The notes under the pieces were generated by a model, which did not search any database, was not told the origin of the DNA, and saw only the letters and a list, made by a program, of their open reading frames with translations. Shown piece after piece: positions 1-9,924 of a DNA stretch of 16,764 nucleotides; position 1 is the stretch's first letter; the number at the start of each line of letters is the position of its first letter. The stretch comes from an uncultured Janthinobacterium sp. (GTDB lineage Bacteria > Vulcanimicrobiota > Vulcanimicrobiia > Vulcanimicrobiales > Vulcanimicrobiaceae), in assembly GCA_964658025.1 (NCBI GenBank), contig CAZZXB010000012.1, positions 20,658-37,421 of the forward strand, written 5' to 3'. Made by a program: the position numbers and the translations under genes.

Positions 1-1907
<1,907 letters not shown>

Positions 1908-1917
1908 GGCCCGGGTT

Positions 1918-2652
1918 CTACCGCGCCCCCGCGCGACGACCTCTCATCTCGTACAGAATTCGCGCCCACCGATCGTAGATGTCCGCGATGTATTCGCGCG
2001 TCTCCGGGTAGGGCGGGACGCCGCGATAATACGAAACGGTACCGGGACCCGCGTTATAGGCGGCGAGGCTCGCGGCGTACGGATCGGGATAGACGCCGTC
2101 GTAGGCGTTGACGTAGCGACCGACGAGCGCCGCCGACCCGCCCATCGCGTCGCGCCAATCGAAGGGGTCGATTCCGAGGTCCGCCGCGGTATCGAGCGTG
2201 AACTGCCCGATCCCGACGGCACCCGCCGCGGAGAACGCGCGGGGATCGAAGCCCGATTCCTGCAGGAGCACGCTCGCGAAGAACCGTGCGTCGAGATGGT
2301 GCGAGCCCGCGACGTCGGCCGCGGTCGTCGCGAGCTCGAGCGCGTCGAAGGGGTCGAGGCGGTGGTTGCTCCGCACGATCCAATGGACGACCGCGAGCGT
2401 CGATCCGGTCGGATGCGGCGTATCGTAGAGCAAACGCAACCCGCGTAGTTCTCGCGTCGCGCGGGGGACGTGCCAGCAGAGCGCACGATCTTCGAGTCCG
2501 GTCGTATCCGCCGAGAGGAGCGGGACCGGCACGTCGAGCGGCGAGCCGAACGCGCAGCCGCTCTCGACTGAGAGAAATGTCAGGACGACGAGCGCCGCGC
2601 GGGGCAGGTGAGCGGAGACGGACGGCCCGAACCCGAAAAATATCGATCTCAC
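1918..2652 (-). CDS. Lytic transglycosylase (SLT domain) with N-terminal hydrophobic segment; start uncertain
   Basis: C-terminal part of ORF 1918..3177 has the SLT motifs LLQESGFDPRAFSAAGAVGIGQF, LAAYNAGPG and GVPPYPETREY. The upstream extension overlaps the + strand gene. GTG 2652 is chosen because it keeps the hydrophobic AALVVLTFLSV; GTG 2532 is an alternative. Confidence 0.88.
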   Translation of the reverse strand: MRSIFFGFGPSVSAHLPRAALVVLTFLSVESGCAFGSPLDVPVPLLSADTTGLEDRALCWHVPRATRELRGLRLLYDTPHPTGSTLAVVHWIVRSNHRLDPFDALELATTAADVAGSHHLDARFFASVLLQESGFDPRAFSAAGAVGIGQFTLDTAADLGIDPFDWRDAMGGSAALVGRYVNAYDGVYPDPYAASLAAYNAGPGTVSYYRGVPPYPETREYIADIYDRWARILYEMRGRRAGAR

Positions 2653-2697
2653 CTCTTTCGGAGACCGCGAACAAGCGTATATGAAGGCAACGGCGCA

Positions 2698-3255
2698 GTG
2701 ATTTTCTTTCTCTCGTTTCTCGTCGTGCTCGTCGTCGGCGATCTCGCATCGACGTTCTTCTATCACGTTCCGCAGCATCTCTGGTTCAAGCTGCACCTGC
2801 GCACGCACCACGACCGGTCGCGTTCGTATTGGGATCACGCGGTCATCTCGAAGGATCCCGAAGTCATGCTCGACGGCGTGCTCGGCGCGATTCCGTATCT
2901 CGCCGTCGCGACGCCGTTCTTCTTCCTCGGTCCTTGGTCGATCGCGGGCGCGTCTTTGGCGCTCGTTCTCGGCCAACTGCACGTGTGGTGGCGCCACACG
3001 ACGGAGATCGGTTGGGTCTCGCCCGCGTGGCTCGTGCGCGTCGCGCGCGCGCTGCAGATCGTGCTTCCGGAAGATCACGACGGACATCATCGTAATCCCG
3101 ACATCGAGTTCGGCGATCTCTTCCGTTTCTACGATGCTCCGGCGCGTGCGTTCATCACGTACGTTCGCGGCATGCAACGCCGCCGCCGGACGGCCCTCAA
3201 ACGACTCCAGCGCATTCGCGCGATTCGCTCCTTACGCCAGACGCAAGGCGCGTAA
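2698..3255 (+). CDS. Sterol desaturase / fatty acid hydroxylase superfamily membrane protein (His-box di-metal enzyme), about 185 aa
   Basis: His clusters YHVPQH, HLRTHH, LHVWWRH and DHDGHH..NPDIEFG interleaved with hydrophobic helices, plus a basic C-terminal tail. GTG 2698 has GAAGG upstream; the ORF track start at 2608 would overlap the divergent gene. Confidence 0.85.
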   Translation: MIFFLSFLVVLVVGDLASTFFYHVPQHLWFKLHLRTHHDRSRSYWDHAVISKDPEVMLDGVLGAIPYLAVATPFFFLGPWSIAGASLALVLGQLHVWWRHTTEIGWVSPAWLVRVARALQIVLPEDHDGHHRNPDIEFGDLFRFYDAPARAFITYVRGMQRRRRTALKRLQRIRAIRSLRQTQGA

Positions 3256-3276
3256 GGAATCCTTGCCGGGGGGCAC

Positions 3277-4482
3277 ATGACGAAACGGGTTCTCTTCCTC
3301 ATCTCGGATACCGGCGGCGGCCATCGCAGCGCTGCGAACGCCATCACCGCCGCACTCGATCAAACGAGGGTCGGCCCGTACGGACAGACCGTCCACTTCG
3401 AACACCGAGTCGAAGACGTCGCGTCGCACTGCAGCTTCCCGCTCTCGCTCTTGGGGCCCGCGTATAGTGCGGCCCTTCGTTTTGCACCCGTCCTCTACGG
3501 CGCGCTCTTCCACCTCACGAACGGCCGGTCGCGTTTCCGCGCGGTCATCAAACTCTGCGAACCGCTCTATCGTAAACGCCTGCGCGATCTGTTCCTCAGT
3601 TACGAGCCCGACGTCATCGTCTCGGTCCATCCGTTACTGAATCACGCGGCGCTCCGCGCGCGCGAGGATGCGAAGATGCTCGGCACGCCGCTCATCACCG
3701 TCATCACGGATCTCGGTCGCGTGCATGAGGGCTGGCTCGTCCCCGAAGTCGACGCCGTCGTCGTGCCGGCGCGCGAGGTCTACAAGCGCGCGCTCCAACG
3801 CGACTTCCTCCCCGAGCACATCTACCAGCTCGGGCATCCCGTCCATCCGAAATTCGAAGACGTCTCCGAGACGAAGCAACAGATCCGGCACCAACTCGGT
3901 CTGCCCGCCGACAAGACGATCGCGTTACTCATGGCCGGCGGCGAGGGCGGCGGGAAACTCTTGCCGACGACGCTCGCGCTCGCGAAATCGAAACTGCCGC
4001 TCCATCTCGTCGTCGTCACGGGCCGCAACGCCGCGCTCCGCACGAAGCTCGACGAACTCGCACCGTCGCTCGGCATGCCGATGACGATCCTCGGCTACTG
4101 CGACAACATGCCCGAACTCATGCGCTCGGCCGATCTGCTCGTCACGAAAGCCGGTCCCGGCACGATCGCCGAAGCGAATCTCGCCGAAGTCCCCGTCGTC
4201 GTCTACGATTTCATCCCGGGTCAAGAGCACGGGAATCTCGATTACGTCCGCACGAACGGCATCGGCGTCGTCGCGCTCACCACGGTCGACGTCGTCCGCT
4301 CGACGCGCCGGATCGTCGCGAACCTCACGCGCCTACAAGCGATGCGCGACCGACAAGCCTCCGTCGCGCCGCGCGGGAGTTCCCGCCGGATCGCCCAACT
4401 CATCGCGGGCGCCGCGTTCGGCGAGATGCAAGAGGCCGCGCCCCCGCCGGCGCCCGTCGTCTCGATCGCGGCCGCGCTCTAA
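3277..4482 (+). CDS. MGDG synthase-like / diacylglycerol glycosyltransferase (GT28)
   Basis: Motifs SDTGGGHRSAA, PDVIVSVHPL, TVITDL, LLMAGGEGGG, TGRN, MPELMRSADLLVTKAGPGTIAEA and IPGQEHGN. G-rich RBS, 21 bp after the preceding stop. Confidence 0.93.
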   Translation: MTKRVLFLISDTGGGHRSAANAITAALDQTRVGPYGQTVHFEHRVEDVASHCSFPLSLLGPAYSAALRFAPVLYGALFHLTNGRSRFRAVIKLCEPLYRKRLRDLFLSYEPDVIVSVHPLLNHAALRAREDAKMLGTPLITVITDLGRVHEGWLVPEVDAVVVPAREVYKRALQRDFLPEHIYQLGHPVHPKFEDVSETKQQIRHQLGLPADKTIALLMAGGEGGGKLLPTTLALAKSKLPLHLVVVTGRNAALRTKLDELAPSLGMPMTILGYCDNMPELMRSADLLVTKAGPGTIAEANLAEVPVVVYDFIPGQEHGNLDYVRTNGIGVVALTTVDVVRSTRRIVANLTRLQAMRDRQASVAPRGSSRRIAQLIAGAAFGEMQEAAPPPAPVVSIAAAL

Positions 4483-4561
4483 GGCCGGACGTCTCGCTCG
4501 CGGTCGCGCTCCGAGCGCGGGCGTGCCGCGCGCGGCGCCCCCGCGCGAACGTCTCCGTCGA

Positions 4562-5572
4562 TCACGCGATCGATTCGCGTCGTCCGTCGTGCGCCGCGGA
4601 TCGTCGTAACGCGGCGATGACGCGCGCGTTCGCCACCGCGTCTTCCGCGGGCGTCGCGAGCGGCGTCGCGTGCAACACCGCGTCGGCGAACGCTTCGGCT
4701 TCGAGCCGGTATTGATCGACGGCCGGAACGCGCTCGAAACGCCGCTCCCTTCCGTCGTCGACGACGATCGTCACGTCGCCCTCATCCGGTTGCGGCGTGA
4801 ACGCGTTGAGCACGAAAACGGAACCCGCACTCCCGGAGACGTGATACCAGCCGCGTCCCGCCGCGCGGAAGCCGCAGTCGATCGTCGCCACGCGGTTCCC
4901 GCCGAACCCGAGCATTCCGGCCACGGTGACGTCGACGCCGAAGCGTGGATCGACGTCCGCGAACGCCGCCGCCCACAGCGGTTCCTCGCCGAAGATCGTC
5001 CGCGCCGCGTCGATCGGATAACAGCCGACGTCCGCGAGCGCGCCCCCGCCGAGCGCCGCGTTCAAGCGGACGTTGTTCGCATCGAAGGGCTCGAGCGAGA
5101 ACGAGAACGCGGCGCGCATCGCGCGCACCTCACCGATCGTCCCCGGGACGAGATCCCGCACGCGCGCGTGTTGCGGGTGGAAGCGATACATGAACGCTTC
5201 CATCACGAGCACGCCCGCATCGCGACACCCGTCCACGACGCGACGCGCTTCGTCCGGACTCGTCGCGAGCGGTTTCTCGCAGAGGATCGCTTTGCCCGCA
5301 CGCGCCGCCGCGAGCGTCCATTCGGCGTGAAGGGCGTTGGGAAGCGGGTTGTAGATCGCGTCGATCTCGGGATCGGCGAGTAACGCTTCGTACGAATCGT
5401 AACTCCGCGGGATCGCGAAACGCGTCGCGACCTCCCGCGCCCGCGCGCCGTCGCGGCTCGCGATCGCGACGATCTCGGCGTTGCGCGAATCGCGCACCGC
5501 CGGGACGAAGCGCTTCGTCGCGATGTTCGCCGCGCCGAGCACGCCGAAGCGACAGCGAGCGCGCGCCGTCAC
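4562..5572 (-). CDS. Gfo/Idh/MocA family NAD(P)-dependent oxidoreductase
   Basis: FGVLGAANIA Rossmann start, YNPLPNALHAEW, LCEKPLA, MEAFMYRFHPQ, GGGALADVGCY. Confidence 0.95.
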   Translation of the reverse strand: MTARARCRFGVLGAANIATKRFVPAVRDSRNAEIVAIASRDGARAREVATRFAIPRSYDSYEALLADPEIDAIYNPLPNALHAEWTLAAARAGKAILCEKPLATSPDEARRVVDGCRDAGVLVMEAFMYRFHPQHARVRDLVPGTIGEVRAMRAAFSFSLEPFDANNVRLNAALGGGALADVGCYPIDAARTIFGEEPLWAAAFADVDPRFGVDVTVAGMLGFGGNRVATIDCGFRAAGRGWYHVSGSAGSVFVLNAFTPQPDEGDVTIVVDDGRERRFERVPAVDQYRLEAEAFADAVLHATPLATPAEDAVANARVIAALRRSAAHDGRRESIA

Positions 5573-5594
5573 GATCGCCCCGTCGCGACGCCCG

Positions 5595-6554
5595 TTATTT
5601 GGCCGGTGCCGTCAGGCCGCCGCGACGCGCGAGCGTCGCCGCGCCGATCGCACCCGCATCGTTGCCGAGTTTCGCGACGACGATCTCGGTCGTCCCGCGC
5701 GGCACCATCGTCGTGAGCGTTTCCACGCGCGGCCGGAGCGCCGCGAGCATGAAATCGCCCGCGCTCGCGACGCCGCCGCCGAGCGCGATCTTCTGCGGAT
5801 TCACGAACGCGACGACGTTCGCGATCCCGCGCGCGAGATCGTCGACGAAATTGTTCCACGCGGCGAGCCCGTGCGGATCGCCCGCTTCGGCGGCCTTGCG
5901 GATCGCCTTCGATCCGAGCTTTTCGGGCTTCCCGCTCACGAGCGTGCTCCGCGGAAACGATCCCGCGACCGCGATCGCGTGACGAATCAGACCCGTCCCC
6001 GAAGCCTGCGCCTCGAAACATCCGATCTTGCCGCAATTGCAGTAGAAGCCGTCGGTCGCGCGGATTTGGTGATGTCCGATCTCGCCCGCGCCCGCGGCGT
6101 TGCCGATCACGAGCGCGCCGTTGGAGACGACGCCGCCGCCGATCCCCGTGCCGAGCGTCAGCAAGACGAAATCCTTCGTGCCGACGCCCGTGCCGTGCGC
6201 GTACTCGCCGAGCGTCGCGCAACGCGCGTCGTTCGCGACGAAGACGTCGCGCCCGGCTTTCGCCGAGAGCTTGGCCTTGAGCGCGACGTCGCGCCACCCG
6301 AAATTCGGCGAATACCGGACGATGCCGGCGTCGAGATCGATGTTTCCGGGAGAGCCGATCCCGATCGCGCCGACGTCGTCCTTCGATTTGACGCTCGAGA
6401 GCGCGCCTTCGACGGCTTCCGCGATCGTCTTCACGACGGCGTCGGGGTCGTGATCGACGATGTCGATCTCGTGGCGTTCGCCGATGACGCCGTCTTCGTC
6501 GACGATCGCGGCGAGGACGTGAGAGCCGCCGAGATCGACGCCAATCGTTTTCAT
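5595..6554 (-). CDS. ROK family sugar kinase (glucokinase-like)
   Basis: Starts at ATG 6554 with MKTIGVDLGGS; motifs GIGSPG, ANDA, TLGTGIGGG, GEIGH and the Zn motif CNCGKIGCFE. No N-terminal HTH, so kinase rather than repressor. Confidence 0.95.
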   Translation of the reverse strand: MKTIGVDLGGSHVLAAIVDEDGVIGERHEIDIVDHDPDAVVKTIAEAVEGALSSVKSKDDVGAIGIGSPGNIDLDAGIVRYSPNFGWRDVALKAKLSAKAGRDVFVANDARCATLGEYAHGTGVGTKDFVLLTLGTGIGGGVVSNGALVIGNAAGAGEIGHHQIRATDGFYCNCGKIGCFEAQASGTGLIRHAIAVAGSFPRSTLVSGKPEKLGSKAIRKAAEAGDPHGLAAWNNFVDDLARGIANVVAFVNPQKIALGGGVASAGDFMLAALRPRVETLTTMVPRGTTEIVVAKLGNDAGAIGAATLARRGGLTAPAK

Positions 6555-6616
6555 GATCGGACCATTTCGTTGGAACATAAAAGCAACCCCTCGCCGCCGT
6601 CGAACGGCTTGCATTC

Positions 6617-7795
6617 ATGGCCGAAGCGTACGTTCTCGCCGAAACCCTCGTCGCCGACGTCGTCGCCGTCCGGCGCGACATCCATCGCCATCCCGAACTC
6701 GGCTTTCGCGAGACGCGGACGGCCGGGATCGTCGCCGCGCGCTTGCGCGCGCTCGGCTACGAGGTGCACGAAGGGATCGGCGTCACGGGCGTCGTCGGCG
6801 TCTTGCGGACGGGGCGACCGGGCAAGACGATCATGCTCCGCGCCGACATGGACGCGTTGCCGCTCGCCGAGGAGACGTCGCACGGATTCGCATCCGAAAC
6901 CGTCGGCACGATGCACGCCTGCGGGCACGACGGCCACGTCGCGATCCTGCTCGGCGCGGCCGCCTATATCGCCGAACGTGCGGACGATGCGAGCGGCACG
7001 CTCGTCTTTTGTTTTCAGCCCGCCGAAGAAGGCCTCGGCGGCGCGAAGGCGATGCTCGAGGATCGGCTGATCGAACGTTTCGGCGTCGAGCGCGCGTACG
7101 GCTTGCATCTGTTCTCGACGTTGCCGACGGGCGTCTTCGGCTTCCGCGAGGGACCGTTCTTCGCATCGAGCGATTCGATCGAGATCCGCATCGACGGTTC
7201 GGGCGGCCACGGTGCGGCGCCGCAACACTGCGTCGATCCGATTCCGATCGCGGCCGAATTCGTCTCGAGCGTGCAGAAGATCGTGAGCCGCGAGATCGAC
7301 CCGCTCGAGCCCGCCGTCGTGACGATCGGCGCGATCCATGCGGGCACGACGCACAACGTCATTCCGTCGTACGCGACCTTGCTCGGCACCGTGCGCGCCT
7401 TCGATGCGGGCGTGCGCGAGCGGATGGCGGAACGGATCGAGCGCGTCTTACGCGGCGTATGCGCGAGCGGCGGCGCGACCTATTCGTTCGACTATCTGTG
7501 GCGCTACCCCGTGACCTCGAACGACGACGAGCAGACGCGTTACGTTCGCGCGATCGCCGAGCGCACGTTCGGCCCGTCGCAGACGATCGCGGCCGACCGC
7601 CAGATGGGCGCCGAAGATTTTTCGTTCTTCGCCGAACGCGTCCCCGCATGTTACTTCGTGCTCGGCAGTAACGGCGGTCCCGCGACGGCACAACCGCATC
7701 ACAGCGGGAAATTCGATATCGACGAAGCGGCGCTCGCCCCCGGCGTGCGCATGTTCGTCGCGCTCGCCCTCGACGCGCCGCTCGGCGCGCCGTAG
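6617..7795 (+). CDS. M20D family amidohydrolase
   Basis: RRDIHRHPELGFRE, LRADMDALP, MHACGHDGH, FQPAEEG, GGHGAAP, MGAEDFSFF, PHHSGKFDIDE. Confidence 0.96.
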   Translation: MAEAYVLAETLVADVVAVRRDIHRHPELGFRETRTAGIVAARLRALGYEVHEGIGVTGVVGVLRTGRPGKTIMLRADMDALPLAEETSHGFASETVGTMHACGHDGHVAILLGAAAYIAERADDASGTLVFCFQPAEEGLGGAKAMLEDRLIERFGVERAYGLHLFSTLPTGVFGFREGPFFASSDSIEIRIDGSGGHGAAPQHCVDPIPIAAEFVSSVQKIVSREIDPLEPAVVTIGAIHAGTTHNVIPSYATLLGTVRAFDAGVRERMAERIERVLRGVCASGGATYSFDYLWRYPVTSNDDEQTRYVRAIAERTFGPSQTIAADRQMGAEDFSFFAERVPACYFVLGSNGGPATAQPHHSGKFDIDEAALAPGVRMFVALALDAPLGAP

Positions 7796-7816
7796 CCCGC
7801 GCGGTCGGCAACGCCG

Positions 7817-8368
7817 TTACTTACCGGGGTTCGCGACGACGTTCCCGGGATCGTTGTAGCCCGAATACAGGAGCGTGAGTTCGTCGGACTTGCAACGCGT
7901 CACGCGATAGGTTTTCTTGTCGTAGTTGCACGTCTCGGACGTCCCGTTCTTGAACGTGTAGCCGAAGGTTCCCACGGGCTTTCCGTCCTGCGTCTGGTCG
8001 GGCAGCTTCGCGAACGGGATCGACGGATTCGCCTTGGCGTTGCGTAGGAGGCCGGCGATGTCGACGTCGAGATTGTTCGAGGCGGTCCCGGAGCGTTGCC
8101 ACGATCCGTTACTGAACGTCCAGTAATCCTTGCCGACGATGATCGTCTTGATCGTCCGGCCGCCGAACATCGTCGTCATCTGATACTTGTTCGGCGCCAC
8201 GAAGACCCCGAGCGAGCGGACCGAGCCGAGCACGGTGACCTTGTAGGAACGGATATCGGAAAATGCCTTGACGACGCTCGCTTTGAGCCCGCTCTCGGGA
8301 GCGGCGGAGGCCGCGAGCGGGACGAGTGCGACGAGCGGGGCGGCGAGGACGCGAGCGGGGAGCGACAA
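7817..8368 (-). CDS. Secreted hypothetical protein, possible LolA/LppX-LprAFG-like beta fold, about 183 aa
   Basis: GGAGG lies 9 nt before TTG 8368. Signal-peptide-like MSLPARVLAAPLVALVPLAASA|AP, then a beta-rich body (SYKVTV, IIVGKDYW, GSWQR) and C-terminal YSGYNDP..VANP, with two Cys. The fold assignment is pattern-based inference. Confidence 0.75.
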   Translation of the reverse strand: MSLPARVLAAPLVALVPLAASAAPESGLKASVVKAFSDIRSYKVTVLGSVRSLGVFVAPNKYQMTTMFGGRTIKTIIVGKDYWTFSNGSWQRSGTASNNLDVDIAGLLRNAKANPSIPFAKLPDQTQDGKPVGTFGYTFKNGTSETCNYDKKTYRVTRCKSDELTLLYSGYNDPGNVVANPGK

Positions 8369-8399
8369 GGGCGAAAACCTCCGGAGACGATGACGTGGT

Positions 8400-8425
8400 A
8401 ACGCACGCTTCGACGAGAGCGTTGC
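8400..8425 (-). promoter_or_regulatory. Candidate ECF-sigma-type promoter GCAAC-N17-CGTT upstream of the secreted protein gene
   Basis: On the minus strand, GCAAC (8425-8421), a 17-nt spacer and CGTT (8403-8400). This matches the general ECF AAC/CGT consensus and sits about 30 nt upstream of TTG 8368. Confidence 0.5.
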
Positions 8426-8459
8426 GGGGTCCGCATCTCGAAACGCGAACGTACGGGCG

Positions 8460-9170
8460 ATGCACGAGACGATCGACCTCATCGCGCACGCGGCGCTCCG
8501 CGAAGTCCGCGCGTTCAGTCGCCGCACGGGACAGACGACGCATCTCGAAGGCATGGATCTCGCGCCGATGGAGCACGTCTCCGAGATCGAGATCACGGAA
8601 GAGCACATCACCGTAACGTACAACCAAAAGACGACGTTCAAATACAACGTCAACGAAGTGACGCACAAGGAGTGGTCGTACAAATACAACGACGATCCCG
8701 AGTTCGTCGAGGCGATCGGTGCGGTGATCGAACTCGCCCGCAAACACGTCCGCGACATGCCGGAGAACGTCGCCTGTCCGCCGGGATGCGCCGAATGCTG
8801 CAGCGGCTACGAGCCGTTCGTGAGCAAGACCGACGTCGAGCGGATCGCCGCGCATTTCGGCATCTCGTACCGCACCGCGATGCACGATTACGTCGTCGAG
8901 CGTCCGTCGGCCGACGGCTTCTCGGTCGGCTATCTCAAGAAAGTCACGGACGACATCGCGAGCCAGTGCGTCTTTCTGAAAGGCTCGCGTTCGGGCCGCT
9001 ACTACTGCGGCATCTACGAAGCGCGCCCGCACGACTGCGGCGCGTTCACGCCGATCGGGTGCGAGGACGTCGACGCGACCTTACGTCACGACCGCGCCTT
9101 CAAGATCGGCGCGCCGTTCGAGCGCAAAGCGCGACCGACGGCCGCGCGGAAGAAAAAGTCTCGGCGCTGA
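8460..9170 (+). CDS. YkgJ family cysteine-cluster (CxxCxxCC-type Zn/Fe-chelating) protein with about 100-aa N-terminal extension
   Basis: CPPGCAECC, D.ERIA, CVFL, CGIYEARPHDCGAF and a basic tail. Confidence 0.9.
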   Translation: MHETIDLIAHAALREVRAFSRRTGQTTHLEGMDLAPMEHVSEIEITEEHITVTYNQKTTFKYNVNEVTHKEWSYKYNDDPEFVEAIGAVIELARKHVRDMPENVACPPGCAECCSGYEPFVSKTDVERIAAHFGISYRTAMHDYVVERPSADGFSVGYLKKVTDDIASQCVFLKGSRSGRYYCGIYEARPHDCGAFTPIGCEDVDATLRHDRAFKIGAPFERKARPTAARKKKSRR

Positions 9171-9189
9171 GCCCGAGCGCGTCGCGACG

Positions 9190-9756
9190 TTACGCCGCGA
9201 GCGCGAATGCGGGCTCGGCGAGCGTCTCGCGCAGGCGACGCTTCGCGCGCGCGATGTACGTCTTGACCGTCCCGATCGGGATGTCGAGGACGTCCGCGAT
9301 CTCGCGATAGCGCAACCCCGAGAGATAGTAGAGTTCCAGGACGTTGCGATAGTTCGGCGGGAGCGTCGCAAGCGCGGCGCGGATCCGTTCGGCCTCGTCG
9401 TTCTGCAGCGCCAGGTCTTCGGGACCGAGTTCGACCGTCGCGATCGTCGGATAGCCGTGCTCCGCCGCGCGACGACGACGCCGGATGGCGTCGAGCGACG
9501 CGTTGCGCGCGATGACGAACAGCCAGCGCGCGAAGGGTCGGTCGGGTTGGAAATCGCCGATGCGACAGAACGCGCGCAGGAACGCGTCTTGGGCGATGTC
9601 CTTGGATTCGTCCGCATCGCGCGTCAGTCGGTACGCGAGTCGGATGACGGGTGCCCGGTAGCGATCGACGAGGAGTTCGAAGGCCTCCGCCGAGCCCGCG
9701 CGGGCCCGGTCGACGAGGAGCGTTTCCGCGATTTCCGCGATGCCCGTGCTCCTCAA
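9190..9756 (-). CDS. ECF (group 4) RNA polymerase sigma factor, SigW/RpoE-like; start TTG 9756 or ATC 9741
   Basis: Region 2: AFELLVDRY...DIAQDAFLRAF...FARWLFVIARN. Region 4: ALATLPPNYRNVLELYYLSGLRYREIADVLDIPIGTVKTYIARAKRRL. There is no in-frame ATG near the N-terminus. Confidence 0.93.
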   Translation of the reverse strand: MRSTGIAEIAETLLVDRARAGSAEAFELLVDRYRAPVIRLAYRLTRDADESKDIAQDAFLRAFCRIGDFQPDRPFARWLFVIARNASLDAIRRRRRAAEHGYPTIATVELGPEDLALQNDEAERIRAALATLPPNYRNVLELYYLSGLRYREIADVLDIPIGTVKTYIARAKRRLRETLAEPAFALAA

Positions 9757-9908
9757 CCGCAGGACCGGCAGAGCGGGGCGCTCGACTCGACGACGCTCGA
9801 AAGGCGTTCGAAGTAATCGCCGTGCGACTGCAACGGCCCGCGTAAGAGTTCCGCGAACCAAACCGACAAGGGCGACGGGGTGCTGGATTTTTCGACTTCC
9901 ACTTGCAT
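9753..9908 (-). CDS. Small 51-aa protein ending in CxxC (MQVEVEKSSTPSPLSVWFAELLRGPLQSHGDYFERLSSVVESSAPLCRSCG)
   Basis: AAGGGG lies 6 nt before ATG 9908, directly downstream of a near-consensus sigma70 promoter. Its TGA overlaps the TTG and RBS of the sigma gene. A leaderless 68-aa version from GTG 9959 is also possible. Confidence 0.6.
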   Translation of the reverse strand: MQVEVEKSSTPSPLSVWFAELLRGPLQSHGDYFERLSSVVESSAPLCRSCG

Positions 9909-9924
9909 GGTGAACCCCTTGCTT

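Noticed and set aside
4483..4561. GC-rich hairpins between convergent genes (also 10488-10554) as terminators
   Set aside because: There is no U-tract on either strand, and such stems arise by chance at this GC content.
6583..6608. GCAAC-N17-CGGC upstream of the amidohydrolase as a second ECF promoter
   Set aside because: The -10 lacks CGT, so it is too weak to call.
5481..7070. Long alternative-frame ORFs (e.g. 5481..7070 +, 293..1489 -, 5569..6681 -, 6553..7671 +, 10310..11404 -, 13839..14903 -)
   Set aside because: They are Arg/Ala/Ser-rich shadow frames overlapping well-supported genes, as expected from stop-codon scarcity at high GC.
9700..9755. Selenocysteine readthrough of the TGA after CRSCG
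   Set aside because: The readthrough frame gives low-complexity Arg/Ser sequence overlapping the sigma gene, and the downstream stem is better explained as SD sequestration.
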